A stretch of 64,000 nt of DNA from Mobula hypostoma (taxonomy: Eukaryota), in NCBI RefSeq assembly GCF_963921235.1, contig NC_086097.1, forward strand, positions 27,034,001-27,098,000. Direction: 5' to 3'. The notes beneath the pieces are model-generated. The model worked only from the letters and a program-made list of their open reading frames with translations. It searched no databases and was not told the DNA's origin. Of the stretch, positions 25,230 to 40,593 are shown piece by piece; position 1 is the stretch's first letter; every line of letters begins with the position of its first letter. The translations under genes were made by a program, and so were the position numbers.

Positions 25230-26195
25230 GACGTGATGCATTTTGGGAAGTCTTATGCTATGGTAACGCACTGAGGCGTATAAAGGAGCTGGGGAACTTA
25301 GGAATACAGATGCATAGTTCTTTGAAAGTGGTGTCATCAAGCAGATACAATGGTGAAAAAAATCATTTAATGCGCTGACCTTCATCAGTCATAACTCATC
25401 AGGAGTTGGGACGTTATGTTGCAGATGTACAAGTCATTGGTGAGGCCAGTTTGTGAGTACTGTGCTGGAATGTATGGTGACACTATCATAATCATGTGCT
25501 GGTTATTAACGTAAAGAATGCATTTCACTGTATGTTTCTATGTACAGATGACAAATAAATGAACCTGAATCTGAGTTTTGGTCGCCCTGTTCTAGAAAAG
25601 ATGTGTTTAAACTGGAAATAATGCTGAAAAAATTTGAGGCTGTTGCCAGTACTACAGGGCCTGCGTTACAGGGAGAGGTTGGCCGGGCTAGGTCTTCATT
25701 CTTTGGAACATAGTTTTGGAGAGGGTGCAGAGGGGAGTTACCAGGCTGCTGCCTAGATTAGAGAGCATGACTTGTGAGGGTAGGTTGAGCGAGCTATGAC
25801 TTTTCTCTTTGGAGCAAAGGAGGATAAGAGGTGACTTGATAGGTGTGTACAAGATGATAAGAGGCAGAGATAGAGTGGGCAGCCAGAGACATTTTCCCAG
25901 GGAGGAAATGACTAATACGAGGGCGCATAATTTTACACTGATTGGAATAAAGTATAGTGGGGATGTCAGAGGTAGGTTTTTTACACAGAGAGTGATGGGG
26001 GGTGTGTGGAATGTGGTGTCAGGGATATTCGTTAGAGGCATTTACCTTAGAGACATTTAAGAAACTCTTAGATAGGCACACAGATGAAAAAAAAAAGTGA
26101 GGGCTATGTGGGAAGGAGGAGTTAAATTACTCTTAAGAGGAGCTTAAAGGGTCAGCACAACATTGTGGGCCAAAGGGCCTGTACTGTAGTGTTCT
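25230..26195 (+). mobile_element. Degraded CR1 3' fragments
   Basis: RRIRGDLI.VYKMI and FFTQRV peptides followed by a CR1 tail. Confidence 0.75.
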
Positions 26196-26329
26196 ATGCT
26201 CTTTTTTCACTTAAGGTTGGGTACAACTGGAACTAGAGGTAAAATGTTAAGGGTGAAAGCTGAAATGTTTATGGGAAACCTGAGAGGGAGCATCTTCACT
26301 CAGAGGGTGGAACGAGCTCCCAGCGAAAG

Positions 26330-27105
26330 TTGTGTCTTCTGCCCTAAGGGAGGAGCGGGAGGGATCTTTGATTATGCTGGCTGCTTCACTGAGGCAGCAA
26401 GAAATGTAGACACAGTCCTTTGGGGGGTGGGGGGGGAGGCTGGTTTCCATGAAGTCTCTGTCCACACTTTCTTGCGGACATGCAGAGCAGTTGCCACACC
26501 AAGCTGTGATGCATCCAGATAGGATGCTTTCTGTGGTGTATCAATAATTGATGAGGGTCAAATTTTTTCAGGCTCCTGTGGAAGTAGAGGCACTGGTGAA
26601 CTTCCTTGGCTGTAATGTCTACGTGGTTGGAGCAGGACATGCTGTTGCTAAAGTTCAATCCTGGGAGCTTGAAACTCTCAATCCTCTTGACTTCTGATGT
26701 AAACAGGAACATGTGAACCCCCTCCCATTTCTGAAGTCAATGTCCAGTTCTTTTGTTCTGCTGACATTGAGGGAAAGGTTGTTGTCATGACACCATGTCA
26801 CAAGGCTTTCCATCTCCTTCCTGTACTCCGACTCATCAGTATTTGAGATACAGCCTGCTACAATGATATCTGCAAACCTGTAGATGGAGTTACAAAAGGA
26901 ATCTGGGTATGTAGTCGTAATTCTATAGGGAATAGGGGGCTGAGCACAAAGCTTTGTGGGGCACTTGTGTTGAGAATAATTGTGGCAGAGGTGTTGCTCC
27001 CTATCCTTAATGCTCAAGAATTCAAGGATCCGTTTGCAAGAGGAGCTGTTGAGTCCCAGGTTTAGGAGGGTAGCTAGTCTTGAGCCTGGTGGTGTCTGAT
27101 TAGGT
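26330..27105 (-). mobile_element. Degraded Rex1-type LINE fragment
   Basis: RFAD, WCHDNNLSLNVSRTKEL and AASIIKDP peptides. Confidence 0.75.
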
Positions 27106-27158
27106 GTTCCAAAATAGGCAAGGTGCATTGTCAACCACTAATAGCCTTTGTGTAATAG

Positions 27159-27341
<183 letters not shown>

Positions 27342-28448
27342 TGACCAAAAGTGTGAAAGCTATACTATTGCACAGGACAGTAAGCATGACTAGATGGCAC
27401 CTGACACTGAGAACTTATTGGATCTGAGGATGAAAATTTAATTCGTGATTCCAGCACCCTTAATCTATTCCTCCATATCTGCATGCATTTTGTTCAGTGC
27501 AAGCATTAAGCAGTTCTTGTTGGAGACATAAAGGACTGCAGATGCTGGAACCTGGAGCGAGGGTCCAGAGGAGCAGAGGAGGTTCATGATAATGATCCAG
27601 GGGATGAAAGGTTAGAGTATGATGAGCATTTAATGCTCTGGACCTGTACTCACTGGAGTTTAGAAGAATGTGGGGATGGAGCGATCTCATTGAAACCTAT
27701 CAAATATTGAAAGGCCTAGATAGAGACAGTGTGGAGAAGATGTTTACAATAGTGGGGTAGTCTAAGACCACAGGGCACAGCCTCAGAATAGAAGGACATT
27801 CCAGTATCCCCTTAGAACAGAGACGAGGAGGAATTTCTTTAGCCAGAGGGTGGAGAATGTGTGAATTTGCCCCAGGTGGCTGATAGGTTCTTGATTAGTA
27901 AGGGCACCCAAGGTTATGGGGAGAAGATAACAGAATGGGATTGAGAGGGATAATAAATCGGCCATGATTGAATGGCAGAGCAGACTCATGAGACCATTAG
28001 ATGTAGGAGCAGAAGTAGGCCATTTGGCACGTCGAGTCTGCTCCATCATTCAATCATGGGCTAATCCAATTCTTCCAGTCATCCCCACTTTGGTGCCTCG
28101 ATTGACTGAATGGCCTAATTCTGCACCAATATCTTATATCACTTGGCATGTGTCTGTAGTGGGTCAGTGTGCTAAACAGGTGCTGGTGTTTTATGAGGAA
28201 TCATTAACATCATCTTGGTGTAATCTCAATGCAGGAGGGTGTGACAGCTTGATAGTCATCTATCTGACAGATATTAATACATTTAGGATATTAAGGTAAA
28301 TTACATGAAGCAACAGATCATTCAGCATCTTATTGAATGATAAAGCGGGAAAAGGAGCTGAAGAGCCTACTGTTTGTTTTTGGGGATGATAGGCCAGTCC
28401 TCAGAAAGAGTACATTTCAGAGAAACCTGTTGGTTTTGCCATTGATAA

Positions 28449-28658
<210 letters not shown>

Positions 28659-30303
28659 TGAATGCGGAGTTGACTTTTATTTATTTGTTTACGTGAGGGT
28701 TAGCATGACTGTGCTGGTCTAAGAAGGGTTGGGAAGTATCCAGAACGGAGGCAAACGGTTCAGTATTTACATGTGTGCTTTGTGATCAGATCAGTTCCTT
28801 GCCAATCAAGAGACCTGGTAAAAAGACGAGGGCAGGAGGTGAGATGGCTTGCCAAGTTGTGCAATTCCCTAAGTCCCTGTTATTCCAAGGGACAGGGAGA
28901 TGGACCTATAAAGATGGAAATTAAACACAAGATCCTGCAGATGCTGGGAAGTCTTGAGCAGCACACACACAATGCTAGAGGAAGATAAAGATTAGCTTCA
29001 TTTGTCACGTGTACATCGAAACAGTGACATGGGTATGACCAACACAGTCTAAGGATGTGCTGGGGGACGCCCACAAGTATCACCATACTTCTGGTGCCAA
29101 CATAGCGTGTATGCACAACTTACTAACCCTAACTTGTACATCTTTGGAATGTGGGAGTAAACTAGCAACCAGAGGAAACCCACGCGGTCATGGAGAGAAT
29201 GTAGAAACTCCTTACAGACAGCAGCTGGAATTGAACACCGATCACTCGTGCTGTAAAGCTACAGTGCCATGCTGCCCTCCTCTTACAACAAAATAATGTG
29301 CGTGACATTAAGGCCGCTAGCAGTACCTTTCCGTGGACATAACTTAGGAGCCCGGTTCTGGGCTCTGTGGTCAGCCCGCACTCCAGGTCCCAGGATTGCA
29401 TTTCCACCTTTTTGTGTCTCTGCAACGTGTTGGAAATAGAGGCTTGTGAGGATGTCACGACTACATGTATCAGCAGATAAAGAGGGGTAGCATAAGCAGA
29501 GACAATGTGCGGGTAGATGGGGTCAGCACAGACATTGTGGGCCGAAGGGTCTGTTCCTGTGCTCTACTGTTCTACGATGGAGACTGTTTCAATATTAACA
29601 GGAAAAAAAACAACCAAAACACTCTGAATTTTTAAATATCCCCTTTTATTTCACTGGTGCCACATTAGCGGTTAGTGCAATCGTTTAACTTTTGCGCCAG
29701 CGATCCCCAGTTGGGGTTTGATTCTGTTGCTATCAATAAGGAGTTTGTATGTTCTCCCTGTGACTACATGGGTTTCCTCCAGGTGGTCCGCTTTCCTCCA
29801 CAGTCCAAAGGTGTATAAGTTAGGGCTAATAAGTTGTGGTCATGCTATGTTGGGTCCGGAAACATGACGACACTTGTGGGCTGCCCCCAACACATCCTTG
29901 GACTGTGTTGGTCGTTGACACAAATGATGTATTTCACGGTAAGTTTTGATGTACATGTGACAAATAAAGCTAATGTTTATCATTTCCAAACCAATTCGCA
30001 GGTGATTTGTGATCTTCACTAATGCAGTGACTATCATTAATTGTTGTTGTCCTGTTAGAAATCACAGTCATTATTTATTTAGAGATGCAGCACAGTAACC
30101 GGCCCTTCCAGCCCAACAAGTCTGAGCCAGCCAATTACACACATTTGACCAATTAACCCACTAGCGCATACATCTTTAGAATGCACACAAAGATATTTTT
30201 GTCTAATTTTAGAGTACACAGTTTCAGTATGCCCTTCAAATTGAAAAGTGCTGAATATTGCAGAGGCACACAGCAACAGGTTTTTTCTTGTCCTCTGCAT
30301 TAG

Positions 30304-30504
<201 letters not shown>

Positions 30505-30600
30505 TAGAAATCCAAGCACATAGCTCTGACCATAAGATGTAAGAGCATAATTAGGCCATTGAATCCATCCAGTCTGCTTCGCCTTTCAATTATGGCTCAT

Positions 30601-32080
30601 TTGAATTGAATTGACTTTATTTCTTACCTCCTTCACACATGAGGAGTAAAAATCTTTACGTTACGTCTCCATCTAAATGTGCAATGTGCAATCATAGTAA
30701 TTTATAATAAATAGAACAGTCAATGTAATACAGAGTACACCAAGTCAGCGTGATTTCATCAGTCTGATGGCCTGGTGGAAGAAACTGTCCCGGAGCCTGT
30801 TGGTCCTGGCTTTTATGCTGCAGTACCATTTCCCAGATGGTAGCAGCTGGAATAGACTGCTGGTTGGGGTGACTCGGGTCCCCAATGATCCTACAGGCTC
30901 TTTTTACACACCTGTCCTTGTAAATGTCCTGAATCATGGGAAGTTCACAACTACAGATGTGCTGGTCTGTCCGCAGCACTCTCTGCAGAGTCCTGCAATT
31001 AAGGGAGGTACAGTTACCATACCAGGCAGTGATGCAGCCAGTCAGGATGCTCTCAATTGTGCCCCTGTAGAAAGTTCTCAGGATTTGGGAGCCCATACCA
31101 AACTTCTTCAATCGACTGAGGTGAAAGAGGCGCTGCTGTGCTTTTTTCACCTCGCAACTGGTGTGTACGGACCATGTGAGGTCCACGGTGATGTGGATGC
31201 CAAGGAACCTGAAGCTGTTTACCCTCTCAACCCCAGATCCATTGATGTCAATAGGGGTTAACCCGTCTCCATTCTTCCTGTAGTCCACAACCAGCTCCTT
31301 TGTTTTTGCAACATTGAGGGAGAGGTTGTTTTCTTGACACCACTGTGTCAGAGAGATGACTTCTTCCCTGTAGGCCACCTCGTTATTGTTTGAGATAAGG
31401 CCAATCAATGTAGTGTCATTGGCAAATTTATTTAGCAGATTGGAGCTGTGGGTGGCGATACAGCCATGCGTATACAGGGAGTAAAGGAGGGTACTCAGTA
31501 TGCAGCCCTGAGGGGCTCCTGTATTGAGAATCAGAGGGTTGGAGGTGAGGGAGCCTACTCTTACAACCTGCTGGCAATCTGACAAGAAGTCTAGAATCCA
31601 GCTACACAAGGCAGGGTCAAGGCCGAGGTCTCTGAGCTTCTTGTCGAGCCTGGATGGAACTGTGGTGTTGAATGCTGAACTGTAGTCCAAGAACAGCATT
31701 CTCACATAAGCATCCTTCTTCTCCAGATGTGCAAGGACAGTATGTAGAGCAGTGGCTATTGCATCATCTGTCGCTCAGTTTTGTCGGTAGGCGAATTGTA
31801 GGGGGTCCAGTTTGGGTGGTAACAAGCTGCAGATGTAATCCTTGACCAGCCTCTCAAAGCATTTGCTTATTATTGAGGTGGGAGCGACAGGACACCAGTC
31901 GTTCAGGCATGTTACCTTGGTCTTTTTTGGTACAGGGACAATGGTGGATAATTTGAAGCAGGAGGGCACTCTACGGGGGGGGGCGGGGGGGGGGCGTTAA
32001 AAATGTCAGTAGACACACCTGCCATTTGTGCTGTGCGCATCCTGAGTACTTGTCCTGGGACGCTGTCTCGTCCCACAGCC
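30601..32080 (-). mobile_element. 5'-truncated Rex1/Babar-type LINE in PSMC1 intron 6
   Basis: 337-aa RT ORF 30692..31705 (LFLDYSSAFNT, GAPQGC, FANDTT with a mutated catalytic motif) and a (TCAAT)n tail at 30601-30614. Confidence 0.9.
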
Positions 32081-32759
32081 TTTATTATCTCTCAACCCCA
32101 TTCTTCTTGTAATCTTTGACCCTCTTACTAATCAAGAACCTATCAACCTCCACTTTAAATATACCCAATAACCTGGCCTCTGGCCATCTGTGACAATGAA
32201 TTCCATAGATTCACCACCCTCTGGCTACAACAAAAAATCTGCTGGATGAATCCCTCATCCTACCAGCTGTTGAATTTTGACAGGGAAAGGTGGAATTGTT
32301 GGATTTTGTTAGTTTCGGGGGAATTGTGGTCTTTGATAGCCAGATGCAATTGGATTTATGAGCATTATTGTTTTCATTGGGTTCTGTTTGTAGTGCGAGG
32401 AGTTTCAACGCAGTATAATTAGATATATTTCACTGGTAGAACCTTGTTCCTCAAGTCTGCTTCATAGACTTTGGTTTTACATTGTTACGCATTGCTTGAT
32501 AATAAGGCATATACATTTTGTCTTATGAGCATAGGTTGAATGAGCTAGGGCCTTTTTCTTTGGAGATAGGAAGGATGAGAGGTGACTTGACAGAGGTATA
32601 CAAAATGATAAGAGACATAAATAGAGTGAACAGCCATGCTTTTTTGCTTGGGTGGGTGGAAATAGCTAATATGAGGGGCATTATTTTAAGGTGTTTGGAG
32701 GAAAGTATAGGGAGGAAATGTCAGAGGTAGGTTTCTTACGAAGAGTGGTGAGTGCATGG

Positions 32760-33000
32760 GGTATCCGGAGCATTGGGGAATAAGGGTCCTTTGCCATCAT
32801 AGGGAATGGGTGGACAATTTTGGTTCTAAGTGTGCATTGAAAGTTTTATGACTGATTTATAGAATCTGTAAAATCTGTGACAGGGAGGTTACCTAGTGTA
32901 AGTTGTACCTCACAGAAACCTCCTCCCAGAAATCCACTGGATTTGAACTCGGGAACCTTTGCTCCGGAGTCTGGCACTGATGTCATTGCACCACCAGCTG
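32760..33000 (-). mobile_element. tRNA-derived SINE (head at ~33000-32935)
   Basis: Minus-strand A box TGGTGCAATGA and B box GTTCAAATCC; the 3' boundary is approximate. Confidence 0.45.
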
Positions 33001-33574
33001 GAAATAGTCTGCTTTAGACATGGTGAATGAGGAGTGAATATTAATCAGAACCCAATGCTCCTTGAAAAGAGTATTGTATATTTTACATCTACCTGAGGGA
33101 GCAGGTATGTGTTTAATCTGTTGCTTAAAAAAACATCTCTGGCACTGCAAGTATTTCTATACCTATCTTTACAGTAGACTTAACCCCTTCTCCAATACCC
33201 GTAAAACAACCTAACCATACCCACTGAGCCAGAGTTGGTAGTCCAGAGAAAGAAGAAGAATTTGAGATTGATACAGGATTGTAAATAAAAATCACTAAAA
33301 CTGGAAGCCCTGAATTAAAAACAATTACTGGAAACATTGAGTAGGTTCTGTGAAAAGGCTTTACAAGTGGAAGATGCTTCATAAGGTTGTAATGGTATTG
33401 AATGACTGTATGCATTCAACATTACAATGCCATTACATTCAACATTACAGAATCTCTAGATGATATACATTCTGTACATTTATATAGTAACTGCCGTTCC
33501 TTGTCGCAGAGCACCTTTGGATGTCCTGAGAGGGGAGTGAAAGACAGTACACACTGCATGTCACTTTTTACTAA

Positions 33575-33712
<138 letters not shown>

Positions 33713-34669
33713 TAAATTGTCTGTGTTGCTTCATCTGCAATTAATTTTTGAAATCCCTTTAAACAGCTCCATTGGGATGACAGAGCCCCTGAGAAATATT
33801 AGAGGTTTAGCTGGTGATTGTAGCTTAGAATGAATCTACACTGTCAGTTTTGGTGCATTTTATGGACATTGCAGGGATCCTACCATGAACTTCACACCTG
33901 CATTAATGGCCCTGGAGCTCAGCAACTGAGAGGCCTTTCCAACGTGATTGCATGAACGATTTCTCTCCCCTCCTTCTTCTCTCTCTTTCCACCCCTTGTT
34001 CTGGTTTCCCTCTTTCCCCTTCTCCTCACCTGTCCATTATCTCCCTCTGGTTTCTGTCCTCCTTCCTTTTCTCCATGGTGCACTCTCCTCTCCTATCAGG
34101 TTCCTTCTTCAGATCTTTACCTCTTCCACATCACCTCTCAGCTTCTAACTTCATCCCCACACCTCCACCCACCTACCTTCACCCCTGACCTGGTCTCACC
34201 TATCATCTGCCAGTTTGTACTCCTTCCCTTCCCCGCATCACCTGATTCTGGCTTCTTCCCCTTTCTTTTCCAGTTCTGATGAAGAGGCTTGGCCTGAAAT
34301 ATTCTGCTCAGAACTAAATACTCTTATCCATTAATTACTGCCTGACATATGTTTAATGTTTCTACTTTCGGGTTATGGTAATGTAATTTTTCAGGTTACT
34401 CCGCCAGCGGCCAGAGTTCCACAGAATATGTTCCTGTGGTAGCTGGGAAATTTAAACTCAAATAATTTGAATGTAGAATCTGGAATTTATTAAAAATAAT
34501 TGTCTAGGTAATGCTGATCACGAGACTGCTGGACTGCCATAAAAACACATCTAGTTCTGTAAACAACCTCTCGGGAAAGAGGTCTGTCATTACCTAGTTT
34601 GGTCAGTATGTGACTCCAGGCCTCATCAATATTATTGTCTCCTAACTGGAATTAGGAACATTCAACAAA

Positions 34670-35100
34670 CGGGTGATACAGTAATGTAGCAGTTAGCGTA
34701 ACGCTATCACAGCGCCAGTGATCTGGGTTCAGTTCCTGCCGCTGTCTGAGGAGCACGTATATCTTCCCTTTGACTCAGTGGTTTCCTCTCACATTCAAAG
34801 ATAAAGATGAGCTTTATTTGTCACATGTTCGTCAAAGCATACAACAGTGGAATGTGTGGTTTGCATCAACTCAATTGCACTGGGCAGCCTGCACGTGTCG
34901 CCACACTTCTGGAGCCAACATAGCATGCTCATGACTCACTAACCCAAACCTGTACGCCTTTGGAATGTGGCAGCAAACCGGAGCAGCAGAGGAAACCCAT
35001 GCAGTCACAGGGAGAATGTACAAACTCCTTACGGACTGCGGTAGGAATTGAACCTCTGATCTTACACCTGGCGCAGTAAGCATCACGCTAACCACTATCC
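34670..35100. mobile_element. Two oppositely oriented V-domain-type SINE copies; the same family recurs near 19705, 28985, 29660, 43725, 46560, 53400, 55900, 60045 and 62520
   Basis: Recurrent GAGTTTGTAC.TTCTCCC.GTGAC..CGTGGGTTTCCTC core with tRNA-like heads. Confidence 0.65.
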
Positions 35101-35930
35101 TTGGGTGTAATTGCGTGGCGCAGGCTCTTTGGATCGGAGGGACCTGATACTGTGCTGTGGTTCTAAATAATTTTTTTAATCCATGCCCTGTCTTCTTTCT
35201 CTTTGAGATTCCATCTTCTTCAGCCCCTTGTCACATCTATTCATCACCTCCCAGCTTCTATTCCCACCTATCCTGTCCCCCAATCTGTCTATAACCTCAC
35301 CCCCTTGCCTGGATCCACCAATCACTTCTCAGCTCTTGCTCCATCCCGTCCCTTCACCTCTTTATACTGGCCATCTCCCCTTTACTTGCTGCCCGTTATG
35401 CCTCTGGCATTTAGGGCAGCAGTGAAGGTCCTCCATTTATCTGTCCTTGACCATCTCAGGTGTGGTTCAGGGTCCTTCATCATGCCAGTAGCTTCCTCTC
35501 AGCTTTCATTAAAGTCAGGCCTTGGATGGAGATTCAGGAATAACATCGCACATAGAATTAGGTGGTTTCTTCATTGCTGTTTCCATAACAAATTTTATTT
35601 TGACTAGTTAGGGTTGTTAGCCCTGAGCTGAACCCCCAAACCTGGAGGACTGGTGGACCGTTCGTAGTCTGGCCTCTACCCTTTGACCTGTTTGGCATGG
35701 GTGACCCTACCAGGAGCCACAGCACGAGGCCCTGACTCCAGCCAACCTAGCTCTCTGCGTCATTGAGGCACGCAAGCCTCCAAACCTATGGCAAGGTTGT
35801 TGTCCTTTTTAAAAATAAGAGAAGTAAATATTGCTGTTTCCAGTGATGTCTACATCTGTATAATAGGATGTAGCAAATTCTGTAAACATCACAATATGTT
35901 AACTAGTACCCTGTGTTTAATTAACTGCAG

Positions 35931-36120
35931 GTAAGACTCTGTTGGCTAAGGCCGTAGCAAATCAGACCTCGGCGACGTTTCTGCGGGTGGTGGGCTCGGA
36001 GCTCATCCAGAAGTACCTGGGGGATGGGCCGAAGCTGGTGCGCGAGCTGTTCCGGGTCGCTGAAGAGCACGCACCCTCCATTGTGTTCATTGATGAGATT
36101 GATGCCATCGGCACTAAGAG
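35931..36120 (+). CDS. PSMC1: PSMC1 exon 8 ([12 protein letters not shown]...[13 protein letters not shown]), end of Walker A and Walker B
   Basis: AG/GT boundaries, 190 bp; overlaps ORF 35942..36241. Confidence 0.97.
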
Positions 36121-36307
36121 GTCAGCTGGGTTGAGGAGTGCTATTGAACACTTAGATTATGCAATGCTTAAAAGGATTGTTTCCGTTTATAGATTTCAAT
36201 GCACAGTGGATATAACTTTTGGTACTACTAGGAGGTTGTGATAGAAGTGTCCTGATATCCTTAACCATTTGATCAATAATTGAACCAGCTATCATTGTGT
36301 TTGGTGA

Positions 36308-36604
<297 letters not shown>

Positions 36605-37148
36605 TGATCGGGTTCACAAAGCAGCTAATTGTAGAAGAGAAATTGTGGGTAAATATGAGGCACCGTTTCCTGGGAATGTGATCTTGTCAACCTTCAGTTT
36701 GTTTAGAATGACAGAGTTATGCCCTTTGGCCCAACACGTCCATTCTGACCAGGTTGTTTTCCTGAGCTTGTCCAATTTGCCTTTATATTTTATACTTTAT
36801 TGTCGCCAAACAGTTGATACTGAAGCGTACAATCATCACAGCGATATTTGATTCTGCGATGATTGTACATTTTAGTATCAATTATTTGCTTCTAAACCTG
36901 TTAAGAATGATGGTATTGGTCCCTGGCACATAAAGGTTGTGAACCCCTGCTGCAAACCTTTCTTTTCCCTGTACTTGTCTAAATGTCTTTTAAATGTAAT
37001 TATATCCAACTCCCCCACTTCCTCTGGTAGCTCGTTCTATATACCCATCATCCTCTGAGTAGAAAAGACTCTTATGTGCCCAAAACTACAAGAGATTGCA
37101 GAGTTGTGGATACTGCTCAGCACATCATGAAAACCAGCCTTTCTTCCT

Positions 37149-38063
37149 TTGATTTGGGTTAGTAAATTTGCTGACGACACAAAGGTTGGGGGTGTTATGG
37201 ATCGTGTGGAGGGCTGTCAGAGGTTACGGTGGGACATTGATAGGATGCAAAACTGGGCTGAGAAGTGGCAGGTGGAGTTCAACCCAGATAAGTGTGAGGT
37301 GGTTCATTTTGGTAGGTCAAATATGATGGCAGAATATAGTGTTAATGGTAAGACTCTTGGCAGTGTGGAGGATCAGAGGGATCTTGGAGTCCGAGTCCAT
37401 AGGACACTCAAAGCTGCTATGCCGGTTGACTCTGTGGTTAAGAAGGCGTATTTGGCCTTCATCAAACGTGGGATTGAGTTTAAGAGCCAAGAGGTAATGT
37501 TGCAGCTACTGTATATAGGACCCTGGTCAGACCCCACTTGGAGTACTGTGCTCAATTCTGGTCGCCTCACTACAGTAAGGATGTGGAACCCATAGAAAGG
37601 GTGCAGAGGAGATTTACAAGGATGTTGCCTGAATTGGGGAGCATTCCTTATGAAAACAGGTTGAGAGAACTTGGCCTTTTCTCCTTGGAGTGACGGAAGA
37701 TGAGAGGTGACCTGATCGAGGTGTATAAAATGATGAGAGGCATTGATCATGTGGATAGTCAGAGGCTTTTTCCCCAGGGCTGAAGTGGCTAGCACGAGAG
37801 GGCATAGTTTTAAGGTGCTTGGAAGTAGGTACAGAGGAGAGGTCAGGGGTAAGTTTTTTATGCAGAGAGTGGTGAGTGTGTGGAATTGGCTGCCAGCAGC
37901 GGCGGTGGAAGCGGAAACGATAGGATCTTTCAAGCGACTCCTGGATAGGTACATGGAGCTTAGAAAAACAGAGGGCTATGGGTAAGCCTAGGTAGTTCTA
38001 AGGAAAGGACACAGCTTTGTGGGCCGAAGAGCCTGTATTGTGCTGTAGGTTTTCTATGTTTCT
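37149..38063 (+). mobile_element. 5'-truncated CR1 in PSMC1 intron 9
   Basis: SKFADDTKVGG through the C-terminus, with frameshifts and a TTTCTATG tail. Confidence 0.9.
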
Positions 38064-38833
38064 ACTCTGCCTCAGGAAAGCAGCCAACATAATGAAAGAC
38101 CCCACCCACCCCGGATATTCTCTCTTCTCTCTTTTCCATTGGGCAGAAGATACAAAAAACTTAAAAACATGCACTATCTATGCTCAAAGACAGATTCAGT
38201 CTCACTGTTATGAGATTGTTGAATGAACCTCTTGTTAGATGAGCCTTTGATCTCGCAATCTTGTCATGGTCCTTACAATTTTTATTGCTTTCCTGCACTG
38301 CACATTCTGTGTAACTGTAACACTTTATTCTGCATCTTATTATTATTCTTATTTGTACTATCTTAATGTACTGATATTTTGAAAATGATCTGTATAGTTA
38401 ACATACCAAATAAAGTTTTTCACTATCTCAGAACATAGAACAGTACAGTGATGTTGTGCTAACCTTTTAACCTATTTCAAGAACACTTTAACAGTTCCCT
38501 CCAACATAGCCATCCAATCTTCTGTCATTATTGTGCCTATCTAAGAGAATCTTAAATGTCCCTAATGTATCTGCCTCTACCCCCACCCCTAGCGGAGTGT
38601 TCCACACACACATCACTCTGTTTCTTAAAGAAAAAACTACCTTTGACATCACCCTATACTTTCCTCCAAATACCTTGAAATTCTGCCCCCTCATATTAGC
38701 CTGGAAAAAAGTCTCTGGCCATCCACTCAAACTACACCTCTAATCACCTTGTACACATCTATCAATAATGTAACAACTATAATTCAATTGCCCATCAAAT
38801 GCTAGTCTCTTTTTGCCCTTGGTTTTGTTCCAG

Positions 38834-38988
38834 GAAGGATTGATCGTAAAATTGAATTCCCTCTTCCTGACGAAAAGACAAAGCGCCGAATCTTCCAGAT
38901 CCACACGAGTAGGATGACAGTGGCACAAGATGTGAGTCTGGATGAGCTGATCCTGGCCAAAGATGATCTGTCTGGGGCAGATATTAAG
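38834..38988 (+). CDS. PSMC1: PSMC1 exon 10 ([24 protein letters not shown]...SGADIK)
   Basis: AG/GT boundaries, 155 bp. Confidence 0.97.
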
Positions 38989-40239
38989 GTGTGTGGAGGA
39001 CTTTATTCTCTGGTGTTGTTTCTACCTGTCTCAAGCTAGATTGTGTCCTAGGTATAGGGGATCAACCTATGATATCTTGTGGAGTTCAATATCATCAGAG
39101 GTGATCTCGTTGGTAAGTGCAATACTGTAATTGCTTTGCTACCATGCCTCTACTTGATGTACTGACCTACTGAGATTTCCCGTTTTTATTTCACATTTCC
39201 TATGGTTGCAGTTCTTTGTTTTATTTCCAGCATTTATTGGTACTTCCTGTCTTTGTCCATGTGGCTGATCAATAGACATGAGCTGTTTAGTGAGGGACCT
39301 GAAAAAGATTATGAAATATTCAAGTTCCCATCATCTTTGTCTAAGTGTTTCTTGTTTAGCTACTAGGGTCACAGGACCTTCGGCCCAACTCACCCTTGCC
39401 CACCATGTTGCTGACCAAACTAATCCCACTTGCCTGTATTTGGTTAGCCTATATCTCTCCAAACATGTCCTTTCCATGTAACTGTAAAATTGCTTTTAAA
39501 TGTCATAATTGTACCCACCTCTACCATTTCCTCAGGTATCTTTAAATCTTTCCCCTCTTGCTTCAACCCTATGTTCAACACACAAAGTGCTCAGCATATC
39601 TGGCAGCATCTATGGAGGAGAACAAAATGGTCAACGTTTCAGGCTGAGACCTTCCCATCCACAATCGCTACCTGACTAGCTGAGTTCCTCCAGTATTTTA
39701 TGTGTTTTGCTCATGATTTCCAGCATTTACAGAATGTCATGTGTCTCAGACCTTTTCCCTCTAGTTTTAGACTCCCCTGCCAGGGTTGGGGGGGGGAGGG
39801 GAACAGACTGTGGCTATTTACCTTTTATTTATATATATCCTCCAGATTTTATAAATCCCTATAAGGTTGCCCCTCAACCTCCACCTTTCCAGGGGAAAAA
39901 GTCTTATCTAACCTATCTAACCTTTCCTTAACTCAGGCCCTTAAATCCTGGCAGCATCTTCATAAATCTTCTCTGCACTCTTTCCAGTTTAAAGATGTCT
40001 TATAACAAGGCAACCAAAGGTACACAATACAAATTCAGTCTCGCCAACATCTTCTATAATCTCATTGTACTTATTACAATCAGGAATTTGTAGAGAAGAT
40101 GATTACTCTGATGTTGAAGTGTCCGTGAGATTTGGTAAGGGACTGGTAGGAATTTTAAAAAGTTCAAAGTAAACTTAATGATCAAATTTATGGTGTGGGA
40201 TCTAAGGCCCCTGTACCTCTTTCCTGATGGTAGCAGTGA

Positions 40240-40446
<207 letters not shown>

Positions 40447-40587
40447 CCTAACGATTCCTTGCATAAACCTTTCTACTTTGCTTCGCTGAAGGCTTTTAAG
40501 CTACAGGAGTTTGGGGACAGAGCTCGACTCTTGAGGGTTGTTTGCATAACTTTCTCCACCTTCCTGAAGTCCTGTAAGTCATATCTT

Positions 40588-40593
40588 AATAAA
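40588..40593 (+). terminator. Probable PSMC1 polyadenylation signal AATAAA
   Basis: First AATAAA, about 140 nt after the stop, followed by T/GT-rich sequence. Confidence 0.65.

Noticed and set aside
28669..28775. Two weak hairpins ending in ACA after PSMC1 exon 5 as an H/ACA snoRNA
   Set aside because: No ANANNA hinge, and the stems are short and rich in wobble pairs.
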